A stretch of 64,000 nt of DNA from a bacterium (GTDB lineage: Bacteria > UBA8248), in contig OZ244799.1 of the NCBI GenBank assembly GCA_965219955.1, forward strand, positions 764,828 to 828,827. The letters are read 5' to 3'. Below, piece by piece: positions 1 to 8,974 of this stretch (the stretch's first letter is position 1; each line of letters opens with the position of its first letter). The translations under genes were made by a program, and so were the position numbers. Below the pieces are notes generated by a model that saw nothing but the letters and a program-made list of their open reading frames with translations, made no database searches and was not told where the DNA came from.

Positions 1-380
1 ACACCGGCGAGAGGCGCCAGTTCGACCGTCCCCTGTGCGAGTTTCAGGGCGTGCAGTGGATGGTGGCGGACATGCGGGTGAAGCTCGAGGCGGCGCGCCT
101 GCTGCTCTACCGCGCGCTCTCGAACGCGCGCGCGGGCCTGCCCTCGGCGGTGGAGACGACGAGCGCCAAGCTCTACTGCAACGAGATGGCTCGCCTGGTG
201 GCCGACGACGCGATTCAGCTTCACGGCGGGTACGGCTTTTCCACCGAGATGCCGCTCGAGTTCCTCTACCGCAAGATTCGCGGGTGGTCCATCGCGGGCG
301 GCTCCACCGAGATGCTGAGAAACCGCCTGGCCTCCCTGATCTACGAGCGCCCCTTCAGCCAGCGCCCGCCAAAAGCGTAG
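1..380 (+). CDS. acyl-CoA dehydrogenase, C-terminal fragment (5' end outside window)
   Basis: The frame is open to the window start. The tail ...DDAIQLHGGYGFSTEMPLEFLYRKIRGWSIAGGSTEMLRN... matches the conserved ACAD C-terminal helical domain. Stop at 378-380. Confidence 0.85.
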   Translation, partial: TGERRQFDRPLCEFQGVQWMVADMRVKLEAARLLLYRALSNARAGLPSAVETTSAKLYCNEMARLVADDAIQLHGGYGFSTEMPLEFLYRKIRGWSIAGGSTEMLRNRLASLIYERPFSQRPPKA

Positions 381-417
381 TTTTCCTCAGCATGAATTTT
401 TGGGGATTCGCCTGATC

Positions 418-2529
418 ATGAAACGCCCCACCGCCGAGAGCCTCGAGAAACTTCTCAAACCTGAGTCGGTAGCCGTGGTCGGAGCGTCGGCGAACCTCGA
501 GCAATTCAACGGCCGCGTGGTGAAGAACCTGCTGCGCCACGGCTATGGGGGCAGGGTCTATCCCGTGAACCCCAAATACGAGGAAGTGGCCGGGCTGCGC
601 TGCCGGCCGAGGCTCGGTGCGCTTCCCGAAGCGCCGGACGTCGCCTTCATCACCGTGGGGAAAGAGCGCGTGGCTGGTGTTTTGGCCGAGTGCGCCGATG
701 CGGGAATAGGCGCGGCCATCATCTACACCGGCGGTTTTTCAGAAGCCGATGAGGCGGGCGCACGGCTGGAAGCCGAAATCCGGCGCATCGCCCGAGATGC
801 CGGCATCCGCGTCTGCGGGCCGAACACGGCGGGCGTGCACGATTTTCATCACAACTTTCACCTGGCGGGCCTGATCGCGCTCGACGTGGAGGAGATGCTG
901 CCGGGCGGCGTCGGGGTGGTCTGCCAGAGCGGGAGCATCGGAGGCGCATTGCTCTCACGCGCGACGCAGCGCGGGGTCGGGTTCAGCCATCTCATCTCCT
1001 GCGGCAACGAGATGGACCTGGAAGTTTCGGATTATCTCGACTACCTCATCGACGACCCCCACACCCGGGCGGTCGCGGTCTATCTCGAAGGGGTGCGCGA
1101 CGGGGAGAAGTTCAAAAAAGTCCTCCAGAAAGCCCTGCAGCGGGAGAAGCCCGTGGTCGTCCTGAAAGTGGGGGAAGCAAGCGAGGGCGCGCGCGCGGCC
1201 CTGAGCCATACAGGCGCCATGGTGGGCGAGGAGGGGGTGTATGAGGCGCTGTTCCGGAGGTGGGGCGTCACGCGGGTGGATGACCTGGAAGCGCTTTTCG
1301 AAGTCGCCCACATGTTCTGCGTCTCGGCGCTTCCCGAAGGAGATAGAGTGGGCGTCGTCACGACGACGGGCGGGGCCGGCGCCTTGATGGCCGACAAGTG
1401 CGGCGCCTTGGGCTTGGAGGTCGCCGATGCGGATGACGCCCTCAGGGTCCGGATGAAGCAGAAACACCCCGCCTTCGGGCGGATAGAGAATCCCCTCGAC
1501 ACCACCATCGCCGATATTCACCTGTATTCTGATTTTCTCGAATCTTTTCTCGATAGCGGCTGCTTCGACGCGGTGATCCCCATCGTGGGCTCGAGCGCGC
1601 AGTTTCGGCCCGAGATAGGGGTCGAGCCCATCGTGCGCTTGAAGCGGAAAAGCCCCGGCGTTCCCATGCTGGCCTATTTCAATCCCCATGCGGAAGATGC
1701 GCACAGGCTCCTGGCGAAGGAAGGAATCGCCTCTTTTCAATCCATCTCGGGCTGCGCCCGCGCGGCGGCGGCTCTGGTTCGGTATGCGAGAGTTTTGAAA
1801 AGAGAGAAAAAAACAGCATCGCGCCCTGCGTCTCAAGCGCCGTCCCCCTCGATGGCGGAAAAACTATCGACGGCAGGCGCCCTGAATGAGGCGCAATCTC
1901 TGGCGCTCGTCCGTGAATTCGGCTTGCCCGTGGTGGCGCACCGGTTTTGCCGTTCGAAAGATGAAGCCCGAAGCGCGGCGCGCGATTGGCGCTTCCCGCT
2001 CGTTTTGAAGGGAGTTTCCTCGAAAATTCACCACAAGACGGAGCGGGGGCTGGTGAAAACGGGCCTCGACGATGAGGCGGCTTTTGAGGCCGCGCTCGCG
2101 GAAATCTCAAGTTTGAGGGAGACGTGCGATCTGGAAGGCTATCTGCTTCAGGAGCAGGTCGAGGGCGGTGTGGAATTCCTGCTCGGCGTGAAGCGAGACC
2201 CCCAGTTCGGCCCGGTAGTGACGATTGGCCTGGGCGGGAGGGATGTGGAATTGCTTGGCGACGTGAGCACCCGCGTCGCTCCGCTCACCCTCGATGACGC
2301 CTTTGAGATGATGGATGAACTCAAGTGCAGGAAGATATTCGAGGCTCACCGGGGGCGCGGGCCGCTGGATGCGGAAGCTCTCGCCGAGGCCATTTGCCTT
2401 CTGGGTGATGCCGCTTTCGCCTGTCGCGGGCAGATTGAGGAGATGGATTTGAACCCCGTTTTTCTGCGCGAGCAGGGTGGGGGATGCCTGGTGGCGGATG
2501 CGCTCATCATCACGGTAAATGATACCTGA
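418..2529 (+). CDS. ADP-forming acetyl/acyl-CoA synthetase family protein (CoA-binding + ATP-grasp)
   Basis: Long ORF; I prefer the ATG at 418 (MKRPTAESLEKLL). The N-terminal CoA-binding/ligase part carries VAVVGAS...GRVYPVNPK, CGPNTAG and CQSGSIGGA. The C-terminal part is ATP-grasp-like. Confidence 0.85.
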   Translation: MKRPTAESLEKLLKPESVAVVGASANLEQFNGRVVKNLLRHGYGGRVYPVNPKYEEVAGLRCRPRLGALPEAPDVAFITVGKERVAGVLAECADAGIGAAIIYTGGFSEADEAGARLEAEIRRIARDAGIRVCGPNTAGVHDFHHNFHLAGLIALDVEEMLPGGVGVVCQSGSIGGALLSRATQRGVGFSHLISCGNEMDLEVSDYLDYLIDDPHTRAVAVYLEGVRDGEKFKKVLQKALQREKPVVVLKVGEASEGARAALSHTGAMVGEEGVYEALFRRWGVTRVDDLEALFEVAHMFCVSALPEGDRVGVVTTTGGAGALMADKCGALGLEVADADDALRVRMKQKHPAFGRIENPLDTTIADIHLYSDFLESFLDSGCFDAVIPIVGSSAQFRPEIGVEPIVRLKRKSPGVPMLAYFNPHAEDAHRLLAKEGIASFQSISGCARAAAALVRYARVLKREKKTASRPASQAPSPSMAEKLSTAGALNEAQSLALVREFGLPVVAHRFCRSKDEARSAARDWRFPLVLKGVSSKIHHKTERGLVKTGLDDEAAFEAALAEISSLRETCDLEGYLLQEQVEGGVEFLLGVKRDPQFGPVVTIGLGGRDVELLGDVSTRVAPLTLDDAFEMMDELKCRKIFEAHRGRGPLDAEALAEAICLLGDAAFACRGQIEEMDLNPVFLREQGGGCLVADALIITVNDT

Positions 2530-2555
2530 TACGAATCAACACGCCTCGCTTTGCG

Positions 2556-3095
2556 GCAGAAGAAGGCTGCCCCTGTAGGGGCGCTGATGAAAAAGCCCCT
2601 GACTAACGAGGGTTCGACGCGTCCGCGGAGGAAGGGTTTGCCGCGGTGGGATTGTAGGGGCGGTTCGCGAACCCCGGACAGGCGTAGGGGCCTGTCCGGC
2701 TACGGGCGAACGCGCTTTTGTTCGTCATTCCGGCAATCAATGCCGACCGAGGAGGGAGGGATTGCCCGGAATCCATTTGTTTTGCCTTTGTTTTTTTCTT
2801 GTTGGTACCCCGCCAATGACGGGGAGATAAAAAGCAGGCGTATTGTCATTCCACTTGAAAATGGATTCCGGCTTACGCCGGAATGACGGCGGTGGCCAAT
2901 TCCGATCAAGGGGGACTTTTTCAACAAACCCTTTACAGGGGGGCAAGAAAAATCAAAACCCCCCTCAGCCCGGCGAGGGCGCATCGCTTTTTTTACCCCC
3001 CTGTCAAGGGGGGGTAGGGGGGGGTGGTTTTCAGGGCGAGAGGAGCGTCCCCTCTGCCCCCTGAAAAAGGGTCTTTTTCAACGGCCCCCTATAGG
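2556..3095. repeat. intergenic mosaic palindromic repeat block R1
   Basis: Contains hairpin modules gtaggggcggttcgcgaacc..., gtcattccggc...ccggaatccattt / aaatggattccggc..gccggaatgac, cccttTacagggggg...cccccctgtcaaggggggGtagggggg and ctttttcaaca junction motifs. 2631-3050 is repeated at 22051-22440. Confidence 0.9.
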
Positions 3096-3109
3096 CCGAA
3101 AATCGCCGA

Positions 3110-3138
3110 TTGACTTTGCAGTCAACAAGATTTAGTGT
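3110..3138 (+). promoter_or_regulatory. candidate sigma70 promoter with palindromic operator upstream of the peptide ABC operon
   Basis: TTGACT (3110-3115), 17-nt spacer, TAGTGT (3133-3138). The -35 lies inside the palindrome ttgactTTGCagtcaa (3110-3125). Confidence 0.35.
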
Positions 3139-3217
3139 TCTCCATACCTTGGGCCCACAAGGAATCAAAAGACATTTTTCAGGGTTTTTCCGGCTGGTTT
3201 TGTAAGGATGGGGGTCT

Positions 3218-4207
3218 TTGAGCGCGCTTCTTGAAATCGAAGACTTGAGAACGCATTTTTTCACCACCTCCGGCGTCGTCAAGGCGGTCAACGGCATCTC
3301 CTACGACGTTCAGGAAGGCGAGACGGTGGCGATAGTCGGCGAGTCGGGCTGCGGCAAGTCCGTCAGCGCGCTCTCCGTTCTCGGCCTCATCCCGAATCCG
3401 CCCGGCCGCATCGTCGGGGGAGCGATACGCTTTCTGGGCGATGACCTGATTGGGCTGGACGATCTCCAGATCAGGGACATCCGGGGCCGCCAGATCGGTA
3501 TGATCTTCCAGGAACCCATGACTTCCCTGAACCCCGTCCTGACCATCGGGTTGCAGCTCACCGAGACGATGGAGCACCACCTCGGCATGGACAGGGCCGA
3601 TGCGGAGAAAAAGGCGGTCGAATACCTGCGCCTCGTGGGCATCTCCGAGCCCGAGCGGCGCATCCGGCAATACCCCCACCACCTGAGCGGCGGCATGCGC
3701 CAAAGGGTGATGATCGCCATGGCGCTTTGCTGCGAGCCCAAGCTCATCATCGCCGATGAGCCGACGACGGCCCTCGACGTGACCATCCAGGCCCAGATTC
3801 TGGAGTTGATGAAAAACCTCACGAAACGCATGGGCGTGGCTCTCATCATCATCACGCACAACCTGGGCGTTGTGGCCCGGTATGCGGACCGCGTGAACGT
3901 CATGTACGCCGGAAAAATCATCGAACGCGGCCTGGCGGCGGACATCTACCGCGAACCCAGGCATCCATACACCCTGGGGCTGCTGAGTTCCGTGCCGAGG
4001 CTCGATCAGCCCAGGCAAAAGCGCCTGGACCCCATCGACGGCCAGCCGCCCGACCTCACGCGCCTGGGGCACGGGTGCTCTTTTCTGCCGAGGTGCAAGT
4101 TCGCGGTGGATAAGTGCGCGAGTGAGGTTCCGCCGCTCGAAACTGTAGGCAACGGCCATCTCTCCGCTTGCTGGGAACAGGAAAACCTCGAAACGGCGAG
4201 AGGATGA
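3218..4207 (+). CDS. peptide/nickel ABC transporter ATP-binding protein (OppD/DppD-like)
   Basis: Walker A GESGCGKS, signature LSGGMRQR, Walker [13 protein letters not shown], and a C-terminal oligopeptide-transporter extension with a Cys motif. TTG start. Confidence 0.9.
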   Translation: MSALLEIEDLRTHFFTTSGVVKAVNGISYDVQEGETVAIVGESGCGKSVSALSVLGLIPNPPGRIVGGAIRFLGDDLIGLDDLQIRDIRGRQIGMIFQEPMTSLNPVLTIGLQLTETMEHHLGMDRADAEKKAVEYLRLVGISEPERRIRQYPHHLSGGMRQRVMIAMALCCEPKLIIADEPTTALDVTIQAQILELMKNLTKRMGVALIIITHNLGVVARYADRVNVMYAGKIIERGLAADIYREPRHPYTLGLLSSVPRLDQPRQKRLDPIDGQPPDLTRLGHGCSFLPRCKFAVDKCASEVPPLETVGNGHLSACWEQENLETARG

Positions 4208-4211
4208 GCGA

Positions 4212-5246
4212 ATGACCCCCGGCGCATCCGCACTCGAAAGTGACGCTCGACTCTCCCGAAATGGAGAGCTTGGCGACGTGCTCGTGGACGTCAAGGGCCT
4301 CAAGATGCACTTCCCCATCACCGAGGGCATCGTTTTCAACAAGCTCGTCGGCCTCGTGAAGGCGGTGGACGGGGTGGATTTCCGCATCAGGCGGGGCGAA
4401 ACGCTCGGCCTCGTGGGCGAGAGCGGCTGCGGGAAGACGACGACGGGCAGGTGCATCCTCCAGCTCGAACGCCCCACGGAGGGCGAGATATTCTTCGAGG
4501 GGGTGGACCTGACGAAACTCGATCAGGTGGCGCTGCGCGAGTACCGGCAGAAAATCCAGGTCATCTTCCAGGATCCCTACAGCTCGCTGAATCCGCGCAT
4601 GAAGATCGGCGAGATGATTGACGAGCCCATGTACGTCCACGGCATCGAACCCGACGCGCAGAAGAGGAAGCAAAGAGTCAGCGAACTGCTCAGCGTCTGC
4701 GGACTCAACCCCAAGATGGCCGACAGATACCCCCACGAGATGAGCGGCGGGCAGCGCCAGCGCGTGGGAATCGCCCGCGCCCTGAGCCTCGAGCCCGAGT
4801 TCATCATCTGCGATGAACCCGTCTCGGCGCTCGACGTGTCGATTCAGGCGCAAATCATCAATTTGCTCGAAGATTTGAGAGAGGAATATAATCTCACTTA
4901 CCTGTTCATCGCGCACGATTTGAGCGTGGTGAGACACCTTTGCCACCGCGTGGCGGTGATGTATCTGGGCCGGATCGTGGAGTTGGCGGATTGCGACGAG
5001 TTGTACGACAATCCCATGCACCCCTATACGCGGGCGCTGCTTTCCGCCGTTCCGGTGCCGGACCCGGAAATCGAGCAGAACCGTGACATCAGTTTCGTCG
5101 CGGGTGAAGTGCCCAGCCCGATCAATCCGCCATCGGGCTGCGTGTTCCATCCCCGGTGCCCGATCGCCGTGGAGAATTGCTCGAAAGAAGTGCCCGCGTT
5201 ACGAGAGCTGAAACCGGGCCATTGGGTGGCCTGTACGGAAGTCTGA
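4212..5246 (+). CDS. peptide/nickel ABC transporter ATP-binding protein (OppF/DppF-like)
   Basis: [36 protein letters not shown]. The C-terminal motif [12 protein letters not shown] is typical of OppF. Confidence 0.9.
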   Translation: MTPGASALESDARLSRNGELGDVLVDVKGLKMHFPITEGIVFNKLVGLVKAVDGVDFRIRRGETLGLVGESGCGKTTTGRCILQLERPTEGEIFFEGVDLTKLDQVALREYRQKIQVIFQDPYSSLNPRMKIGEMIDEPMYVHGIEPDAQKRKQRVSELLSVCGLNPKMADRYPHEMSGGQRQRVGIARALSLEPEFIICDEPVSALDVSIQAQIINLLEDLREEYNLTYLFIAHDLSVVRHLCHRVAVMYLGRIVELADCDELYDNPMHPYTRALLSAVPVPDPEIEQNRDISFVAGEVPSPINPPSGCVFHPRCPIAVENCSKEVPALRELKPGHWVACTEV

Positions 5247-5329
5247 AATTTTTTGCATTTGTAGTTTCGTTCGTTTTTGATTTGCGGTGCAGGAATTTTT
5301 CACCCCAGGAACATGAAAGGAGATTTCAC

Positions 5330-6949
5330 ATGAGAAACACCCGAATGAAAACCCTGCTGATTGCGGCGGTGGTGTTCGCCGTGGCGCTGTGGAGCTTTGC
5401 TCCCGCCGGGGCGGCCCCCAAGAAGGGCGGCACGCTCAAGTTCGTCGTCGGCAGCAAGATTCCCTCCTACGACGGCCACATCGAATCCACCTTCGGGATG
5501 ATTCACCCGATTCGCCCCTTCTACAGCCTGCTGATTCGCGTGAATCCCGATAACCCCGCATCGCCGACGGATTTCGTCTGCGACGTGTGCGAGGGCGGGA
5601 TTCCGGCGCCGACCGAAGGGCATACGAAGTACACCTTCAAAATCCGCGGCGACATCTCGTTCCACAACGGCCAGAAACTCACCTCGGCGGACGTGAAGGC
5701 GACGTATGACAAGATCATCAGCCCGCCGAAGGGCATCGAGAGCAACCGCAAGGCGTTTTTCAGCATGGTGGAATCCGTCACCGCGCCGGACCCGAAGACG
5801 CTGGTGTTCAAGCTGAAATACCCCACGGGCGCCTTCGTGCCTGCGCTCGCGCTGCCCTACAACTTCATCTACTCGAAGGCCGACCTCGATAAGCACGGCT
5901 ACAAATGGCACCAGAAGAACGTGAACGGCACGGGCGCCTTCCGCTTCGTGCAGCACCAGCCGGGCGCGTTCGTCGAGGGCAAGCGGTACGATAAATACCA
6001 CCACAAGGGCAAGCCCCACCTCGACGGCTTCCGGGCGATCTCCGCGCCCAAGATGGCCATTCGCCTCCAGGCCATCCGCGGCGACCGCGCGGCCATCGAA
6101 TTCCGCGGATTCCCGCCCAAGGCGCGCGACGACCTGAAGAAGGCGCTGGGCGACAAACTCACCGTCCAGGAGAGCGACTGGAACTGCAACCTCATGGTGA
6201 CGCCCAACCACAAGCGCAAGCCTTTCGACGACGCGCGCGTGCGCCGGGCGCTGACGCTGGCGATCGACCGCTGGGGCGGCTCCAAGTACCTCTCGCGCAT
6301 CGCCATCGTGAAGACCGTGGGCGGCGTGGTTTTCCCCAAACACCCCCTCGCGGCCACGAAAGAGGAATTGACGAAGATCGCGGGCTACTGGCCGGACATC
6401 AACAAATCCCGCGCCGAGGCCAAGAGGCTCCTCAAGGAAGCCGGCTACCCGAACGGCTTCGAGTTCACCCTGCACAACCGGGGCGTGGATCAGCCCTACA
6501 AGGTCGTGGGCACCTGGGTCATCGACCAGTGGCGGAAGATCGGACTCAAGGTCAAGCAGTGGGTGCAGCCCTCGGGGCCCTTCTACGCCACGCTCAGAAA
6601 GAAGAAGAACTTCGACGTGTCCATCGACTTCAACTGTCAGTCGGTCATCAACCCGCTGGTGGACGTTTCGAAATTCATCTCCGACGACAAGGCGGGCAAC
6701 CAGCACGCGCAGTACCAGGACCGCCAGCTCGACAAGTGGTTCGAAGAGATGAACAAAGAGCCCGACGTGAAGAAGCAGCGCGCCCTCATGCGCAAGTATG
6801 AAAAGCGCGCGCTCGACGAGATGGCGCACCAGTTCGTGACGCTCTGGTGGTACAAGATCAACCCCCACCGCAGCTACGTGAAGGGTTGGAAGATCGCGCC
6901 GAGCCACTACCTGAACCAGCATCTGGACAACGTCTGGATCGACAAATAG
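5330..6949 (+). CDS. ABC transporter substrate-binding protein, family 5 (peptide/nickel type)
   Basis: ATG at 5330 follows AAAGGAGA. Signal peptide MRNTRMKTLLIAAVVFAVALWSFAPAGA. Size and composition fit family-5 SBPs. Confidence 0.9.
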   Translation: MRNTRMKTLLIAAVVFAVALWSFAPAGAAPKKGGTLKFVVGSKIPSYDGHIESTFGMIHPIRPFYSLLIRVNPDNPASPTDFVCDVCEGGIPAPTEGHTKYTFKIRGDISFHNGQKLTSADVKATYDKIISPPKGIESNRKAFFSMVESVTAPDPKTLVFKLKYPTGAFVPALALPYNFIYSKADLDKHGYKWHQKNVNGTGAFRFVQHQPGAFVEGKRYDKYHHKGKPHLDGFRAISAPKMAIRLQAIRGDRAAIEFRGFPPKARDDLKKALGDKLTVQESDWNCNLMVTPNHKRKPFDDARVRRALTLAIDRWGGSKYLSRIAIVKTVGGVVFPKHPLAATKEELTKIAGYWPDINKSRAEAKRLLKEAGYPNGFEFTLHNRGVDQPYKVVGTWVIDQWRKIGLKVKQWVQPSGPFYATLRKKKNFDVSIDFNCQSVINPLVDVSKFISDDKAGNQHAQYQDRQLDKWFEEMNKEPDVKKQRALMRKYEKRALDEMAHQFVTLWWYKINPHRSYVKGWKIAPSHYLNQHLDNVWIDK

Positions 6950-6956
6950 GCCGCAC

Positions 6957-6998
6957 CGCCTCCCCCGCCGTCCGCTTGCCGGGCGGCGGGGGAGGGCG
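6957..6998 (+). promoter_or_regulatory. GC-rich intercistronic stem-loop after the SBP gene
   Basis: cgcctcccccgccg (6957-6970) pairs with cggcgggggagggcg (6984-6998). No T-tract follows, so it is more likely an mRNA stabiliser or attenuator than a full terminator. Confidence 0.5.
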
Positions 6999-7056
6999 CT
7001 TCCTGGAGTTCCGGCTTCGGGAGTCGCGCATCGCGTGAAGCGCAAGGACGCACGAA

Positions 7057-8028
7057 GTGTACAAATACACGATCAAGAGAATCCTGCTGATGTTCCCCAC
7101 GCTCCTGGGCGCGGCGGTGCTGGTGTTCTTCATGCTGCGCCTGATACCCGGCGACGTGTGCGAGCTCCGCATGGCCGGCACGGGCATGTACGTGGACAAG
7201 GAAGCGATAGCGACGTGCCAGCAGAACCTGGGGATTGACGCGCCCATCTACGTGCAGTTCATCGATTTCATCACCGGGTTCTTCACGTTCGATCTGGGCA
7301 ATTCCATGTGGACGGGCAAGCCGATACTGCATGAGATCGGCCTGCGCTTCGAACTCTCGCTGCAGGTCGCCATCATGGCGACGCTCACGGCCACCATCAT
7401 CGCCATTCCGCTGGGCACGATCTCCGCCATCAAGCAGGACACCTGGATCGACTACGTCGTGCGCTCGTTCAGCATCGCGGGCATCGCCATGCCTTCGTTC
7501 TGGCTGGGCATCCTGATCATCCTCGGTCTCTTGATCATGACGCAGAAATTCTTCGGCAACCCCTGGATGCCGCCGATTCACTACACCCCGATATGGGAAG
7601 ACCCGGTGGCCAACCTCTCCCAACTCATCTGGCCGGCCGTCGCGACGGGCTATCGGTATTCAGCCGTCGCCACGCGCATGACGCGCTCCGCTCTCTTAGA
7701 GGTTTTACGCGAGGATTACGTTCGCACCGCCCGCGCCAAGGGGCTGCTTGAAAAACTCATCATCAACCGCCATGCGCTCAAGAATTCGCTCCTGCCCGTG
7801 GCGACGATTATCGGCCTGGAATTCGCCTTCCTGATGGGCGGGCTGGTGGTGACGGAGCAGGTCTTCAACCTGAACGGCCTGGGGAAACTCTTCGTCGAGT
7901 CGGTGTCGAACCACGACTACACCATGACGCAATCCCTCGTCATGCTCGTGGCCGTCGTCTTCATCTTTACGAACCTGTTCATCGACATCCTCTATGCGTG
8001 GCTCGACCCGCGCATTCGGTACAGCTAG
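7057..8028 (+). CDS. ABC transporter permease (OppB/DppB-like)
   Basis: GTG start. N-terminus MYKYTIKRILLMFPTLLGAAVLVFFMLRLIPGD. Multi-TM MetI-type permease. Confidence 0.9.
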   Translation: MYKYTIKRILLMFPTLLGAAVLVFFMLRLIPGDVCELRMAGTGMYVDKEAIATCQQNLGIDAPIYVQFIDFITGFFTFDLGNSMWTGKPILHEIGLRFELSLQVAIMATLTATIIAIPLGTISAIKQDTWIDYVVRSFSIAGIAMPSFWLGILIILGLLIMTQKFFGNPWMPPIHYTPIWEDPVANLSQLIWPAVATGYRYSAVATRMTRSALLEVLREDYVRTARAKGLLEKLIINRHALKNSLLPVATIIGLEFAFLMGGLVVTEQVFNLNGLGKLFVESVSNHDYTMTQSLVMLVAVVFIFTNLFIDILYAWLDPRIRYS

Positions 8029-8039
8029 GAGGTTTTCGG

Positions 8040-8942
8040 ATGGCGTCTCCAGGCGACCTCGCCGTCTCCGAGATGGATTTCGACGCGCTACCGGAGCGTT
8101 CCTGGGTCGACAAGCTCAAGGATACGGCGCGGAAAAAACCGCTGGGCGCGGTGAGCGCGTGCGCCGTCTTCGTGATGATCCTGCTGGCCGCTTTCGCGAA
8201 CGTGCTCACCTTCTACGACCCGGTGCAGAACGCCTTCGACAGCATGCACGTCGCCCCGGGCGCGGCCCACTGGTTCGGGACGGACCAGTTCGGGCGCGAT
8301 ATTTTCACGCGCATCGTCTTCGGCGCCAGAACGGCGCTGTTCGTGGGGTTTTCGGCCTCGATACTCGGTTCCTCCGCAGGCCTCATCCTCGGCGTGGGGA
8401 GTGCCTATTTCGGCGGGCGCTTCGACCTCATCTTCCAGCGCTTCATGGATATATTCATCTCGTTTCCGCTCATCATCATGGCGCTCTCGGTGGTTTCCAT
8501 CTTCGGCACGGGGACGCAGAACGTGATTCTGGCCATCACGATCCCGCTCATCCCCCGGTGCGCCCGCGTGGTGCGCTCGAGCGCGCTCGCGATTCGCGAG
8601 ATTCCCTACGTGGACGCCGCGCGCGCCCTGGGCTTCGCGCACGTTCGCATCATCTTCCGGCACATGATCCCCAACGTCATGGCCCCTTATCTCATCATGC
8701 TCACTTCGTTTCTCGGCCAGGCGATTCTGCTCGAAGCCTCGCTCTCCTACCTGGGACTCGGCGTACAGGAACCCACGCCCGCCTGGGGGCTGATGCTTCA
8801 GGGGGGCGCCGAGGAATACGCCGAGAGCGCGCCGTGGATTCCCGTTTTCCCCGGCCTCGCCATCACCGCCGCCGTCTTCGCCTTCAACCTCTTCGGCGAC
8901 GCCGTACGCGACACGCTCGACCCCAGACTGCGCTCGGAATAA
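8040..8942 (+). CDS. ABC transporter permease (OppC/DppC-like)
   Basis: ATG at 8040 follows AGGAGG. HWFGTDQFGRDIFTRIVFGAR motif. Multi-TM. Confidence 0.9.
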   Translation: MASPGDLAVSEMDFDALPERSWVDKLKDTARKKPLGAVSACAVFVMILLAAFANVLTFYDPVQNAFDSMHVAPGAAHWFGTDQFGRDIFTRIVFGARTALFVGFSASILGSSAGLILGVGSAYFGGRFDLIFQRFMDIFISFPLIIMALSVVSIFGTGTQNVILAITIPLIPRCARVVRSSALAIREIPYVDAARALGFAHVRIIFRHMIPNVMAPYLIMLTSFLGQAILLEASLSYLGLGVQEPTPAWGLMLQGGAEEYAESAPWIPVFPGLAITAAVFAFNLFGDAVRDTLDPRLRSE

Positions 8943-8974
8943 TTTCGTACGGACCGGCTCTCGTTCCAAATGGC

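Noticed and set aside
2551-2886. ORFs lying wholly inside the repeat blocks (for example 2551-2886, 2700-2984, 8970-9257, 9347-9550, 25636-25944, 31325-31723, 31433-31783, 36330-36842, 36449-36880).
   Set aside because: They are read-throughs of palindromic repeat modules. The same DNA gives ORFs on both strands, with no RBS and translations dominated by repeat-derived strings.
3179-4477. A 432-aa minus-strand ORF, one of many long ORFs on the opposite strand of well-supported genes. Others: 955-1836, 5300-7045, 8088-9173, 10679-12061, 12065-13210, 13568-15004, 20971-21960, 32102-33265, 37119-38522, 52041-53549, 54597-55796, 55405-56304.
   Set aside because: They lie antisense to, or out of frame with, genes that carry clear family motifs. 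Their translations are Arg/Gly/Pro/Ala-rich low-complexity sequence, typical of shadow ORFs in high-GC DNA. They have no RBS and no recognisable domains.
5156-5329. Upstream extensions of ORFs given in the ORF track (SBP from 5156, permease from 7998, LVIVD protein from 20572, XRE from 22711, DUF4399 from 30409, M20 from 49905, CMD from 57273, mutase from 44061, Mrr from 27983).
   Set aside because: In each case an internal ATG is preceded by a good Shine-Dalgarno sequence (or a promoter, for XRE) and gives a canonical N-terminus or signal peptide. The extensions overlap the upstream gene or add non-homologous sequence.
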